Shown: one piece after another, positions 33,851-49,236 of the stretch
Layout: each line of letters opens with the position of its first letter
Numbering within the stretch: position 1 is the stretch's first letter
Assembly (NCBI RefSeq): GCF_009914755.1
Contig: NC_060925.1
DNA length: 64,000 nucleotides
From: the human T2T-CHM13v2.0 reference genome, Homo sapiens
Strand: one strand, 5' to 3'
Notes under the pieces: model-generated
Database searches by the model: none
What the model was told of the DNA's origin: nothing
The model's input: only the letters and a program-made list of their open reading frames with translations
Position numbers and translations under genes: made by a program

Positions 33851-35527
33851 AAAATAAAATCTGCTAAGTTTAGCTGTTTTTATCTTATTCAATTTTAACT
33901 TATTAGTGTTAGTTCATCCTCACAGCCTACCTAGTTTTTGGAAATCCTGTCTCTGTTATCTTTGTTGTCACTGAGCCTTTTGTCATCTGCACAATTGGAT
34001 CCCAGAGCTGTGGAGCTGAACATAAGTTGTAGGGGAGGAGCGTGGTGGCCCCAGAGTTTGCCCTCAGCCTTCGGTGGCACCTTCACATAAGGCCTCAAAT
34101 GAAGACGCAGACTGCCTATGGCAAGAATCCAGGCTGCCTGTCTGAATGCTAAGCACACAGTAGGTGCTTCATAAATATGGATGTGGGTGAGCGGTTGTCA
34201 GGGGTGTCTGACAAGAAGCCTGATTCGTGGTGTGCCATCCCTGTTTCAGGAAAGTGACTTCTGTGAGCTCATTTGCTAGGCAGCGTCCACTGTGTTTTAT
34301 AGTGTGGTCATGAATTAATAATGCACAACACTCCTAATTAGGCTGGAATAAAAACACAGGTTAAAGAAGAGAAACAGCTGGGGAAGTGTGTTATGACTGT
34401 GCAGCCTCTGGCTCCAGGGGCCTGATTTGGGGTATAGCAACCACTGCAGTGGACAGTTTTCTGGAAAGCAGGTCCCCTACCTAGTTGTCCCTGGAGAGAG
34501 AAAATATTTGTTTTTTTTCAGCACCCCTTCTGCTTGTGCTGTCAGAATAAGAAAAAGTGGCTCTGGCTAGTTCTCCTCCCCACTCCCTGCATTTCAGGTG
34601 GAATGATTTTACTTCATGGAAGTGAGTGCTTTAGTAAGTGCTTGCCTGCAGAGCTTGCATCGGGAGTTAGGGAAGGATGAAAAATGCAGTAGAAGTTGGC
34701 CTCATCAGGATGTGAAATTGACTGTGAACAGTGTGATTTATTAAAGACAACTGTTTGTGCTGGTTAAAATGTGCACTCAGCTCCTAGCAAGGATCTCTTG
34801 CTCAGAATGGAGGAAGCTCCCTGAGGGTGGTCCCAGCTGCCCCTTCCTCTGTCTCTCCTTGCCAAATCCTCTTGCAGGCTCAGCCCTTAGCAGGGGCCAT
34901 ATAATTGTGGCTTTAACAGTTTTAATAAAGGGTCATGCAGGCACTGGGAACATGCTCTTCAATGCTCACAGTCTAAATTAGGCACTAACCAAGACAAAGG
35001 ATATAAGCGTGCTCATCTATGCTTTCTCTGTCTCCCACCACAGCGACAAGAAAGGGCGGCCCCAGGAGATGGGGGGACTGAGTGAGTGAGTGCTAGCTGA
35101 GGTCTGAAAACACCATCCTGAAGCTTCTCCCTCTCTGTTACCTTGAGCACCTGGAGTAGGGGGATGAAATGAGATTTGAAGGCCAAGGATTTAAAGGAAA
35201 AGAATCCTGGCCAGCAACGTTCACCATGTGACCTGAAGCAAGCTGCTGCTGTCTGAGCTTCAATGGTCAAGTGTACTGTGGAGCCACACAGCCTTGAGTT
35301 CTAATGTCCAATGAGCGTTTAGACCTTGGGAAAGCTACTTCTCTGAGCCTTAGTTTCCGTATCTACTAAATGGGGCTGGTGACACCTGTGTGATAAGGTG
35401 GTTGTGAGAATGAGGGATGTACCCAGCCAAGCCACATGTAATGCTCAGTAAATGTCTGTCTCCTCTGCTCCATGCGTGAGCACCCAATTTAGTAGAATGC
35501 CCTTCCCCCTGCAGATTCCCCTACAAC

Positions 35528-35692
35528 AGTAGTTCCCAAAGTGTGGTTCTCAGACCAGCAGCATCCACATCACCTGGAACTTGCTAGAGATGCAGATTCT
35601 CAGGCCTACCCCAGATCTACTGGATCAGAAACTGTGGGGTGGGGCCCTGCAGTCTGCGTTTCAGCCTGTCCTCCAGGTGGTTCTGATGCAGA
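35528..35692. mobile_element. MER5A
   Basis: cagtagttcccaaagtgtgg...cagcagcatc...atcacctggaacttgctagagatgcagattctcaggcc. Confidence 0.85.
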
Positions 35693-37028
35693 CTTGCTGT
35701 TCTGGGATTTTCTGCTTCAATTTCGAATAGATGACAACCATCTAGTCCTTTCTCCTGAGAGGACGTGAAAGTGAAAGTGACAGCTGACCATTTTTTGAAA
35801 AAACTGTGAGGCCTGAACACCGGGGTTTGAGTTCCAGGTATGTAAACTCTGTGAGGGTAAGGAATTATCATTAGAGCCTTAAGGTAGCAAAAGCCTGTTC
35901 TTCAAAGCTTCTGTCCATCTCCCCCACGTTTGGAGTTAGATCCAGTGGTTTATAGGCTCAGAAGCCTGAGGCAGCTTTGCTGTTGCTGTGTATCTTTTGA
36001 TAAGATAACCAGCCCTCTGATGGGAGAAGGCTCCTGCCTCATAGGCTTATTAAGATTAAAACTCTAAATTTAGCTCTGGAGGAAGGTCTGCAGGCTTAGG
36101 GCCATTTGATGAATGACTCCATGATATCTCCAGACTGCAACTACTAGAGTAAATAAGATTTAAATACAGCTGCCAAGCCACCTTATCATTTCCCCCTATC
36201 AGATCTGAACATGGTTAAACTAAGTGCTGTCAGTGCCAGCTCAGTGAATGAAGGCAGCAGTGCATAAAGTCATTCTGAATAATTAATGAGATAATGGTTG
36301 TGAAGCTGGTGGGATGGTGCAGAGAGTGCCAGGGCAGGGCCAGTGTGTTTCCAGATCCGGTGTCAGCACCCTAGGTCTAGGGTCTGGTGCATGAGGCAGT
36401 TCTTTAAGGAAAGAAGCACTCATCCTCCAGTGGCCTCAAAATAGAAAATGCCACCAAAGCAGAGATATGTACATACAGTTAGGGGCTGATATTCAGGATA
36501 TCTAACAAATGGCAGGGCACAGGCATGGACCAGTGGATCCAAAGAGATGGTGGCAAGTGCAGGAGCAGGCCCTTGGGGCCTCTGCAGAACCACATGTGAC
36601 CCCTCTTTTTGTAGCAGAAGACAAGTCATGAGGGAGAGGCCAGGACCATGGCTTTTACTCACTCTAGGGTAGCATATCATTCTTTTAATGTCAGGTATAG
36701 TCTCTCTGATGCACACCAGCTGAGTGTCAGCCTTGAGGGCACATGCTGAGGCTATGCTCAGGGTCAGTGAGAGAGGCCCCCAAATTCATCAGTCACCAAG
36801 TCTTATAAATCCCTCTTTGGCAGCATCTCCTGGAGTCGCCTCTTTCCCTTCATTCTACTTCCCCATTGGATATATCCCTCTCTGAGCCAGCCCATTAGTA
36901 AACCCTCTGGAGGTTGAAATTTATCAGTTTCATATTGGTCTTAACCAGGTTGGCTGTGTGGGCTGTTACATGTGCATAGTGCACCCCATGGACGTGGATG
37001 GATATGTTGGTGACATTTAAGAATCATA

Positions 37029-37106
37029 TTAGGTTGGTGCAAAAGTAATTGAGGTTTTGCCATTGAAAGTAATGACAAAACTACAATTACTTTTGTTCCA
37101 ACCTAA
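37029..37106. mobile_element. MADE1 (Hsmar1-derived MITE)
   Basis: TA-TTAGGTTGGTGCAAAAGTAATTG...CAATTACTTTTGTTCCAACCTAA-TA. Confidence 0.92.
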
Positions 37107-38314
37107 TATATCCTTCACATTTGCAGACGTAGGCTTTGACCAAGAAGAGTTTGTCTTAGGAGGTGAATCTTGTTTTCTTTACAACCTGGTGGTTCTTAGG
37201 AGTGATGGGAATCTCCTCTCTTTCCTTCCTTAGAATGGTTTTGAGTCACTGGGGGGACATTACTCTATGGGACCAGAAAGTAAGAATCTATCATTTTAGC
37301 TGAAAGGACCCAAGAGCCAAGCTGGGAAGGTCATAGCGCTGTTCAGCCCTCAGAACTGGGAACCAGAAAGTTGATGACTGCACAGTGGATGAGCCAGAGG
37401 GACAGCAGGCAGTGGGGTGCTGGAGCCTCTAGCTAGAAAACTTGCCTTGGTGGAAGGAGGGAGGAAGTTAAGGCAGTATTAATGCTAGATAAATCATGGA
37501 TAATGGTAGATTTAAAAAACTAAGGGACAGACATCATTCAGACTGTTTTCCACATAGGACTCAACCTGCCACCCTGGGCTTGGGATGTGGACTCTGGGCC
37601 TTTGTGAGGTGATGTGGCTTCAAGCAAGAATATCACTATTGGATTGAAATCAAAACCAAAGTTTGAGAATCTGCTAGCTGGGTGCTCTATGACAAGTTAT
37701 TTACCTTTCTGAGCCTCAGTTTCTGCCTCTTAAAATGAGAATAGTAATTTCTACCTCAGAGTGTTGTAAGAATTAACTAAGATTGTGTATTCTTTGTTGT
37801 AAATGGTGTAGTAGATTGCATATTCTTTGTAGACCATTTGCATGTAGACAGAGACTATGGTGCTGGGTGGCTAGGAAGAAAGCTTCCCTGAAGTTTGTTC
37901 ATGTGCTGGCCATCAGCCATTGTCTTCTAAAAATGGGTACCAGTAGGATGTGGTCTTTGAAACAGCCCTGTTAGAGACAAGATGGTGGTCACAGACTCGG
38001 GAGTGCTGCCCAGCCTGACAGCCAAGTGAGCCTCTGATGGGGTAATTGATAGCTCAGACACAATTCAGCAACTCAATTAACTCATCTCCCATTAGGATGG
38101 ATTGATTTCTTCCTTGGGATAGGAATTTGTGCTGGTTCAGCAACAGCAGCCTTCCCACTGCTGAATGCATCTGTGTGGTTAAGAAAGCTTTTCCAGTCCT
38201 CCTGCCCCACAGAGGCCTCAGGGGAAGAAGGCGTGATTAGGGGAGCCCAGTGTTCAGTCCTACACATGATAAGTCCCCCTGCCCCTAGGAAGATGAAGGA
38301 CCGAAGGTCCATCA

Positions 38315-38627
38315 TTATTTTATTTTTATTTTTATTACATATTTTTTTTAGAGGCTCACTCTGTTGCCCAGGCTAGAGGTGCAGTGGCACAATTTCGGCT
38401 TGCTGTAACCTTTGCCTCCCGGGTTCAAGTGATTCTGGTGCCTCAGCCTCCTGAGTAGCTATGATCACAGGTGCACGCCACCACGCCCTGCTAATTTTTG
38501 TATTTTTAGTAGAGACCAAGTTTTGCCATATTGGCCAAGCTGGTTTTGAACTCCTGGCCTCAAGTGATTTGACCGCCTCAGCCTCCCAAAGTGCTGGGAT
38601 TATAGGCATGAGCCACCATGCCTGGCC
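38315..38627 (-). mobile_element. AluS (antisense)
   Basis: Reverse Alu with TSD-like ccatcatt on both sides. Confidence 0.95.
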
Positions 38628-38654
38628 TACCATCATTTTAAAAATGAATTCTGG

Positions 38655-39322
<668 letters not shown>

Positions 39323-39379
39323 TTAATCTATGATTAATGCTGCAAATCTATGATTTGCTAACATCCCAATGTTATCTTT

Positions 39380-40920
<1,541 letters not shown>

Positions 40921-43278
40921 ACACATTACCTTTTAAAGAAGGTTTTTCACTGGACCTGCTTCTTGTTCTGATTATCCTTTCTCTTTTCAGAAAACATACC
41001 CTTTGACTTCACATGGCCCTGTGTGCTGATGCTCTTTTCCGTCAGTATCAAACCGCAGGCTTTCCATTCCTTTCAGACTGATATAATTGCTCAGAGAATT
41101 GGTCAGCCATAATAACGCCAAGTAAAGTTATTACTTAGTTAATTAACCAAGTTATTACTTGGTTATTACAATTTAATGCTGACCTTCTCTTCGCTTCAGC
41201 CATTTCCCTCTGTGTCCTACCTGTTTCTCATTAGCTGTAGTTATTATACAGCTCACTGATATCCTATTAACAATGTCATGATACAACCACCTACATCCTA
41301 TTAACTCTACCTATTATGCCACCTACATTGGTCCTCTTAATTGAATCTATTGTGCCATACATCCTAGTTATCTGCAATTAGCTATATCTGTCAAATAATC
41401 TGTCCTATTAATTATATTATCCAATCTCTTGCAACTGTTGTCTGACTTTCTGGGAACCTGTTCATATATCTTTGACGCTACCTGGCTGTGATCTGTTAAA
41501 AACTGATCACCTGTTTAGATCTTGTTAGATCCAGATATCAAAAGCCCTGCAGGAAATTACACATATTGATTCTGGGGACCCAGCCTTGAATGTGCAGAGT
41601 GTGTAGGGGGCTTCAGCCCTAAAGTACACTCTTAAGAAGGATCTTTTCCTTTGACCAATAGCATACTGCCCACCAGGCAGTATGAGCCACATTAATGGGG
41701 AGAGAGACAGAGACAGAGAATGTGAGAGTATGTATGTTGGGAGGATGCCTTGTGGGAAGAATGGGGTTGGCATAAAAGGAATGGGGGTTGGGAGTCTCAC
41801 TCCTGGTGGAGAAGGGAAAGCCTGGAAGGAGAATACCCAGTGGGGAGGGGTGCATGGGTGGGGGACAGTGGACTGCAGGGGGAGGAAGTCAGAGTTTGTC
41901 AGGGCAGAACCCTTTTTGACACCAACTTTTTTTGTTAGTGACCAACAAGCCTGCATGACTGTGTACCATAGCAGCCCTTGGAATGTTGCCAGAATGACAG
42001 CTTCTCCCCTTTGCTTTCCAGCCTTACCATTCCACTGTTATTTGAGCTGCTGATGAAGATGAGGCTCTGCCCCAAGCCTACCCCTGCCCCCCTGGGCCAC
42101 ATCAGTGCTTGCTTAGCAGGCCCACAGTCAGAGACCTTGTGTCTACAGGCCACCAACAAGAGAGAGTCAATGCCTAGGACAGGGCCAGGCATATAGCAAG
42201 GGCTTGTGAAGTAGTTGGCTGAGTAGTGCTGAAGGGTGACATGTAGAATCTGTCTCTTCTGGAAGAGGTGTGGTGTTGACCGGTCCCCTTGCCTGTGTGT
42301 CTGAGCCACAGTGATGGGAGCTCTGAAGGCCTCCAGGGAGGATGGGTCCATCTGGAAGCTCAGGGACAGTACCTAACTGCATTGGGATAGATAGTATTCC
42401 TCCCGGAATTCACGTGGACCTGGTACCTCAGCATGTGACTTCGTTTGGAATCACCATTCATGATGATTCTGTCATCACAAATCTTACTCCTGAGGTTAGG
42501 AAAGGATAAGGAGCCCTTGACAGCTGTCTGGTACATGCCACGTCTACTGTCTGTAGGAAGGTGTGTGCTTTAAAAAGTCCAGTGAGCTGTGGGCATGTAA
42601 CAATTATCAAGTGGTCCTATATTAATCTTTTGTATTTCTAAAACACTTTGTGAAAGCACTACCAAATCTGTGATCTTATTTTATTTGCATGCTTTTAAAA
42701 AATTACTCTGAGCTGTCATTGTGTAGATGGGGAAACTGAGGCCCTAGTAGGGTCTCATAGCACAGTCAGGATTATAAGTCTCCTAAGTGCTATCTAGCCA
42801 CCTCTCTGGATGGCATATACAGTAAGAATGGGGAGAATTTTCACAACCTAGCTATGGCCCGTGCTAAACATGTCTATGCCTCACCTCTGGGCAGTCTTGG
42901 GGACAGTCTTCCTTACAGCCCTGTGTGTTACGCGGAAGCTTTCACAGGGTGTCACTTGATAGCCACGGGTGCCAAGCAGAGCTGTGCAATGCCCCAGGCC
43001 TAGCATTGTGTAAATGAAACATCCCCATTGGCCCATCTTCACAGCTGGCCTCTGGGCTCCATGTTTACCAAACACTGCTGATGCCTCACTCCAAACACAG
43101 CTGGAGTCCAGGAGTGCTTTCTGTGTCCAAAGCCCGCTCCCCTCATCCTGCTCCCTGAACCCACTGAGGAGCAGGTGTTGGCCGGTCCCCTGGCATCTGT
43201 GCCTGAGCCACAGTAATGAGAACTCTGAGGGCTTCCAGCAGGATGGGTCCATGTGGAAGTTCTGGGAAAGTACCTGGC

Positions 43279-43655
43279 TGTATTGAGCTAGTGTTCCCCT
43301 GCAAATTCATGTGTACCTGGCACCTCAGAATGTGACTTCATTTGGGAATAGGTTCTTTATGGATATAACTTGTCAGGCATCTTGAGAGGAAATCCTCCTG
43401 GATTTGGAGTAGCCTTTAAATCCAATGATTGGTGCCCTTGAGAGGACAGAGGGAAGAAGGCTCTGTGAAAATGGAGGCAGTGATGCTGCCATAAGCCAAG
43501 GGATCCTAGGAGCCACCAGAAGCTGGAAGAGGTAAGGAAGAGTTCCTGCCAACACCTTGATTTCAGACTTCTGGCCTCCAGAACTAAGAATACATGTCTA
43601 TTGTTTTAATCTACTAAGTTTGGTAAGTTGTTATGGTAGCCACAGGACACATACT
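43279..43655 (+). mobile_element. MLT1 (MaLR) solo LTR
   Basis: cctcagaatgtgacttcatttgggaatagg...gccaccagaagctggaagagg...ccaacaccttgatttcagacttctggcctccagaact. Confidence 0.85.
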
Positions 43656-45438
43656 GGCTGCCTAGCAGGAGGTGGAGCTGTGGGGCTGGTCCTGGAGCCA
43701 GGCTGCCAGGGGTCGTCTGCTGCCCTCACCTCTCTTGCCTGCAGGGCCTGGGAGAACACTGTGGAAAGCCAGGCTAAGGCGCAAGGAAGACCAGGGCTTG
43801 ACTTCCCTGTTGTCACTCTAATCTTGGTAGAGAAAGACTTCTGTGCCCTCCCACCGTTACTATTACTACCTTTTTTTAGTTCCCATGCTATGCCAGGCAC
43901 TGTGCAAGTCTTTACATCATTTCACTCCATCCTTATAAGGACACTATTCAGTAAGTTGCTGTATCCCTAGTTTTTCATTTGAGATTCATTAACTTGCTCA
44001 AGGTTCCACAGCTGGCAAGTGGCAGAGCCAGAATTTGAACTCATCCCATTTAAGAGCCTGCACATATACCACTATGCTACAGTGACTTCCCCATGCCATA
44101 TTAATAATCATGACAGCTAATGGTTGACATAACAAGAAGAGAACCTGTAATCACCCCCAGGGGCTTCCCGCAGCCTCCTTCCTATTCCTACCACTGTCTG
44201 TCTGCCTGCCTCCTCCCTATGCAGCAGCCACGTCACATGATCCCCGTTCCTTGGATGGCCTATAAGGTGGTCTTCCTCTAGTAGCTGGGCCCTGTCCCTT
44301 CCCATCTGACAAACTCTTGCTCAGCCCACGTGGCCCAGTTTAAATGTGCTCTGTGCATTCCATCATCTAGTGCTTACCACATGATCATAAATCCCACTGG
44401 TGTATGTGTGTGTCTTTCCCAAGTTGGAGGGGGAGTGCCTTTGACATGGGACTGTGTCTTTCCCTTTCGGCATCTTGTATCTTCCCCAGCATCTCTGGCT
44501 CTCCAAAGCCCCCAGTAAATGTTTGAGTAAGTGAAACATGCAGAAGACATGAAGATTGTTAAGTAACAAATACTCAGCAGAAAGGGCTGTTAATTTTAAA
44601 AAAAGAAGAAAAAGAAAAGAACATCAGATATTCTAAGACAAGTATTTGTAGAGGGAATCACTAAAAGCTTTCAGTTTTGAAAGCAAATATTTAATTTAGG
44701 CTCCCCCTTCTGTGTGCTTACAAATGGCACTAAATTCAGTATAATGCTTAATCTACATTTTGAGATTTACTATGGGACTCATGGACTTTAAGAAAAAAAT
44801 GTAGTTCATTGTAAATGCCTACATTTCACAGTCATTCGTTTCTTTTAACACACACAATTGGATTGACAAAGGTAATGACTTCCTAGCTAGCCATATTCAA
44901 AAGAAATGTCAAAAATTTAAATTTATAAAGCTCTCTGTGAAATGTTGTGATGCCCCAATCAAATGACCCTCCTGATCTTGCCCGGCACCCTTTCCCTCTT
45001 GGCTGCTGGCGCCTTCCTGTCTCATTGCCAAGGACAAGCCACGTCTGCATGTCTCTATCCCACCCCTCACCACTTAGAATTCTTGAAACCTCTGGGGAGG
45101 CTGACCAAGAAGGACAGAGGACCCTATATTTGGGCTTCTGGAACCTAAGTGCCCCAGGGCTCAGAGCTCCTATTAGTGTTATTTCACATTTACTACAAGT
45201 TTAAAAAAAAAAAAAACACAACGGTGATGATGACGGTGATTTTTGTGTCTTGTCCATGAATCACACAATATTATTCTAGGGGGAAACGTACCCTGATTTC
45301 AAACAACTCATCTAAAAGTACAGATTTTGGAACATGACCTACATGTTTACAGTGCCACATGAGACTACACTCAGACTCATGGACTTTTTTCCTTTTTCAA
45401 TTACTAACTGCTTTAGTCCTCTAAACGTGGATTCTTCA

Positions 45439-45603
45439 TTTTTTTTTTTTTTAAACCAATACTGGGTCTAACTCTGTGGCCCAAGCTGGAGTGCAGTGGC
45501 ACACTCATAGCTCACTGTAACCTCTAACTCCTGATCTCAAGTGATCCTTCCTCCTTGGCCTCTCAAGTAGCTAGGACTACAGAAACATGCCACCATGCCT
45601 GGC

Positions 45604-45642
<39 letters not shown>

Positions 45643-45750
45643 TGGTAGAGATGAGGTTTCACTATGTTTCCCAGGCTGGTCTCCAACTCTTGGACTCAAG
45701 TGATCCTCCCACCTCAGCCTTCCAAAGTGCCGGGATTACAGGTGCCTGGC
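45439..45750 (-). mobile_element. AluJ (antisense) with (TTTA)n expansion in the middle tract
   Basis: Reverse Alu with TSD ctaaac(g/a)tggattc at ~45421 and ~45752. Confidence 0.9.
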
Positions 45751-45786
45751 TCTAAACATGGATTCGTTAAAAGCTTGCCCTATTTC

Positions 45787-45901
45787 TTTTTTTTTTTTTT
45801 TTATTATACTTTAAGTTTTAGGGTACATGTGCACATTGTGCAGGTTAGTTACATATGTACACATGTGCCATGCTGGTGCGCTGCACCCACTAACTCGTCA
45901 T
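45787..45901 (-). mobile_element. ~115 bp 3' fragment of a young L1 (L1PA2-like) with poly(A)
   Basis: Reverse complement reads TGACGAGTTAGTGGGTGCAGCGCACCAGCATGGC...CCCTAAAACTTAAAGTATAATA(n). It has GAG rather than the Ta ACA or pre-Ta ACG diagnostic. Confidence 0.9.
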
Positions 45902-46118
45902 AAACATGGTTTGTGTTTGCAATAGTGCACTCCTCATTTTATGCTGACTCTGATGGGAATGTAGGACTCAATTGCTGAAGTTGTCATTACAGCAGACTTT
46001 CCAGGAGGCCTTTGTTGTTTGTCAGGTTGCCTTCTCCAAAAGGGGACAGTTTGCCCATGTGGGATGTCCTGCCCCAAGCATTTCTAACTGCTCTTCCATC
46101 TCTGTCCTCCCTCTGCAG

Positions 46119-46210
46119 GCTGGCCTTGGGTGACCCTCTCTGTCCTGGGATTCCTGTACTGCTACTCCCACGTGGGCATTGCCTGGGCCCAGACCTACGC
46201 CACGGACTAA
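46119..46210 (+). CDS. HHAT: Terminal coding exon of hedgehog acyltransferase (MBOAT family): (G)[29 protein letters not shown]
   Basis: Branch-point-like CTAAC at 46084-46088, pyrimidine tract 46091-46114 and CAG acceptor ending at 46118. Phase-1 GC is followed by 29 codons to TAA at 46208-46210. I recognise the peptide as the HHAT C-terminus. It is too short for the ORF track. Confidence 0.95.
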
Positions 46211-48130
46211 TGCTGTTGGGCCCAGGCCAGTCCTTGTTGCTGGCCTCCAAGGCAAATAGTGCTTCACCCTGACCTCTCACTCCAGGACAGCCTCTAAGGG
46301 ATTTGATCTGCTCATCTTCAGTTGAATGCCCTCACTCCAAGACTGGATGCTGGATCTCATAGAAAATTCACAGCCAGACAATCTTCTAATCTGGAGTCTT
46401 TGAGATCTTCTACCCCAACTCATCATTTTCCTATTGAGGAAACGGGTCCAGGGCAGTCGTGTGTCTTACCCAGCTACACAGGGTGACATTTTGGTCTAGA
46501 ACCTAGTCTCATGAGCCCTTTGCATTCTTTCCCCTTAAGCAAGAATAGAATGTAGTGGAAATTTATTGATTGAGACACAGAAATCCTGATTAGTGATAGG
46601 CCTGTCTTCTGGGCAATATTTCTAAAATATTTGAGTGACATTGATGTTTAAGTGACCTCCTTCATCACATCCTGCAGTATCTCCAGAAGCAGCACTAGGG
46701 TTTGAGTTTCATGCTTCAGCCCCTCTGTAGGAATGAGACCAAGCCACAGCTGTCTTTTGAATTACGTAGTCGAAGAAGACGGTAGCAGCCCTGTAGCATT
46801 CTAAGGCATCTATACCCAAGGAGTCCTGTGATTTGAGCTTCAGCAGGGTGATCTACATTTGGGTGCTTGTTTCTGAGATTTGCAGAGAAGTATAACATGG
46901 TAGTTCCTCTACCTTACAGTTAATCGTTTCTTAATAAAGAAGCAGAATTTAGAAACCACAGGATAGTGTACCCACAGATGGGTGTTATCAAGGCCAGTCA
47001 TGAGGATGGTGTCCTGGAGTCTTGTCCACCCTCTCCATACAAGTCTCAAAAGTCATCCTCCTACTCAGTGATTCACGTTTAGTGGTTTATATTATTAAGG
47101 TTTGATTCAAACAGAGCCTTTTCTGTCCTGTAGATAATCTACATGTTTGTAGAATTATTTTGAATATGTTTGAGGAAAATGTTTAAAATCTAAATATACT
47201 CACATAACTTGATTATTCACTCCTCTGAAAAGATGCTGGATAGGCTACCAAAGTTCCCAAGTGGTAGATAATTCAGAAGACTTGTTTGAATTTGGATTTT
47301 TTTTTTTTTTGGAGTGGGGAAGGGTATAAAGGAGGCTTAAAATTTGAATCCATAATATATCTAATTACAGGAGAATTTACAACATCTCAAGTACGTAAAT
47401 TAAGTTGTCATTGAGTGAAAGGTTCACTTGGACCTAGTGCTGCCTCCTGTTTATTACATAGCATGGCCCTTATGTCTTGAGTTGAGGTTATCATCTCAAT
47501 GAGGCTTAAGCTCCTAGAGTACAGGACCATTTTGTTGATTGTCTTTCTTCATAGCTTCTCTGCTTGGCAAAGAGATGGGAGGGGGCCAGATACTGACTAC
47601 CTGGGGTAGGCACATTATGTGTTAAAGCAAGACAGAGGCCAGAGAGGGGCAGGTAGACCTGCATAGCAGCAGCCTCAGCAGCTGTCTTGGTAAAGGAGAG
47701 AGAGAGACATGGGGCCAGTAATTCCGGGGTGCTCAGAAGTTTTAGGAGGGAATGAGCCTCAGGGAGGAGTGAGCACCTAAATGAACGCAGTAAACCTTCA
47801 TGGACCAACAGTGATTGAGGATTTGTGGGCAGCCAGAGGGAGTCTGACTGAAGTTTACTTGGAAAGAAAGGGCTTGCTAAGAAAAAAGGGAGTAAAAATG
47901 ATGATAGGGAAGTGTCTAATGTATGTGCACATATAAGTAATACAAAAGTTTTGAGCTCTTCCAAGTATACCATTTATATACAAACAAATAGGTTTATTCA
48001 TTCATTAAACTACTTTGGAAGCGTCAGTGGATATATTTGAAAGTGGTAATCCTGAATCTCTTTTAAACTATTATATGATTCATAATGGTTCTCAGGAATT
48101 AATAAATGATTACTGTGTTTAGCTCTGTAT
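46211..48130 (+). other. HHAT: HHAT 3' UTR (~1.9 kb)
   Basis: Repeat-poor sequence from the stop codon to AATAAA 48101-48106. The cleavage position is estimated. Confidence 0.8.
48101..48106 (+). terminator. Polyadenylation signal AATAAA, likely main HHAT site
   Basis: AATAAA followed by GT/T-rich sequence (tgtgttt, tctgtattt). Other candidates are AATAAA 46933-46938 and ATTAAA 48004-48009. Confidence 0.75.
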
Positions 48131-49101
48131 TTGAGGCTGATTAATTAATATGTGGATTATCCAGGACCATTGTTTTGCTTAACCTCTTCCTACTCCCCAC
48201 TTGTAATATGAAAATGATAATGCTTCTCTCCTCATGCATATTCACTAAAATCTTGTAGTTACTCTGAATGGTGGTGCCTGGGCGCACAGAGGAGTTCAGG
48301 CAATGACACTGGACATGTCATCAGCCCTGGGCAACTTCAGGCGCAGTGTTGGGAAAAGAATAGACAAGGTCCCAAGGTCAATTCCAGCGCCTGGATCCTC
48401 TGATCCCAGCCTCGCTCTGCAGGCAAGCCCAAGAGCTCCAAGCACAATCGCCAAGATGCTACCCAAGGAGGGAAGCAAGATACCTGAAGGACACCCAAAC
48501 CTCAGTCATTCTAATTCTTGGGACCACACAAGAAGACTGAAAGGTATTATTTTTTCAAATTAATTTGAAGTGTCAGCAGAAAACATTTTGTTTCATTAAA
48601 GACAGCAGGCCTCAAGAAAAAATAAATCAATGAACAAATAATTGTATTATAATCTATATACTGGGAGAATAGCAGTTTAGGTAGGGGAGGGGGTGGCTTC
48701 TCCTGACAGAAAGTGAGACTGCTCACTTGCTTATTTAGAATAATAATATAACCATTGACTAAACATAGTAAATTAACCGTAATATAATGAGTTTGGTTTT
48801 TAGCAGATGTATCAGAATATATCCATACAATAGGGTTCCCTTCAGTGTGGACAACATGAGAAGCCAAAGTATGATACTACTGGCCTCAGCACATTTTGAG
48901 AAAGCCTCTCTGAGGCTTTCTCAGGGAAATGGTTTTATTTTAAAACAAAAAACCCTCTTTTTAAAATCATTGAACTCCATTTGGCACCCAAAACATGGCA
49001 TTCATTACTTAGCTCTATATTACTCGTCCTTTTGACTAATTACAAGAATCATATTCACAGAGATGTTTTGCAACATTGAAGAGATCAGACAGAATGCTTT
49101 A

Positions 49102-49236
49102 GGTTGGGTGTGGTGGCTCACACCTGTAATCCCAGCACTTTTGGGAGGCTGAGGCAGATGGATCACTTCAGGTCAGGAGTTTGAGACCAGCCTGGGCAAC
49201 AGAGTGAGACCCTGTCTCAAGAAAAAAAAAAAAAAG
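49102..49236 (+). mobile_element. Alu monomer (FLAM-like) in the HHAT-KCNH1 intergenic gap
   Basis: Single Alu arm followed by an A tail. Confidence 0.85.

Noticed and set aside
46012-46272. 86-aa ORF over the HHAT exon
   Set aside because: Wrong frame. The real HHAT frame starts after the acceptor at 46118 and stops at 46210.
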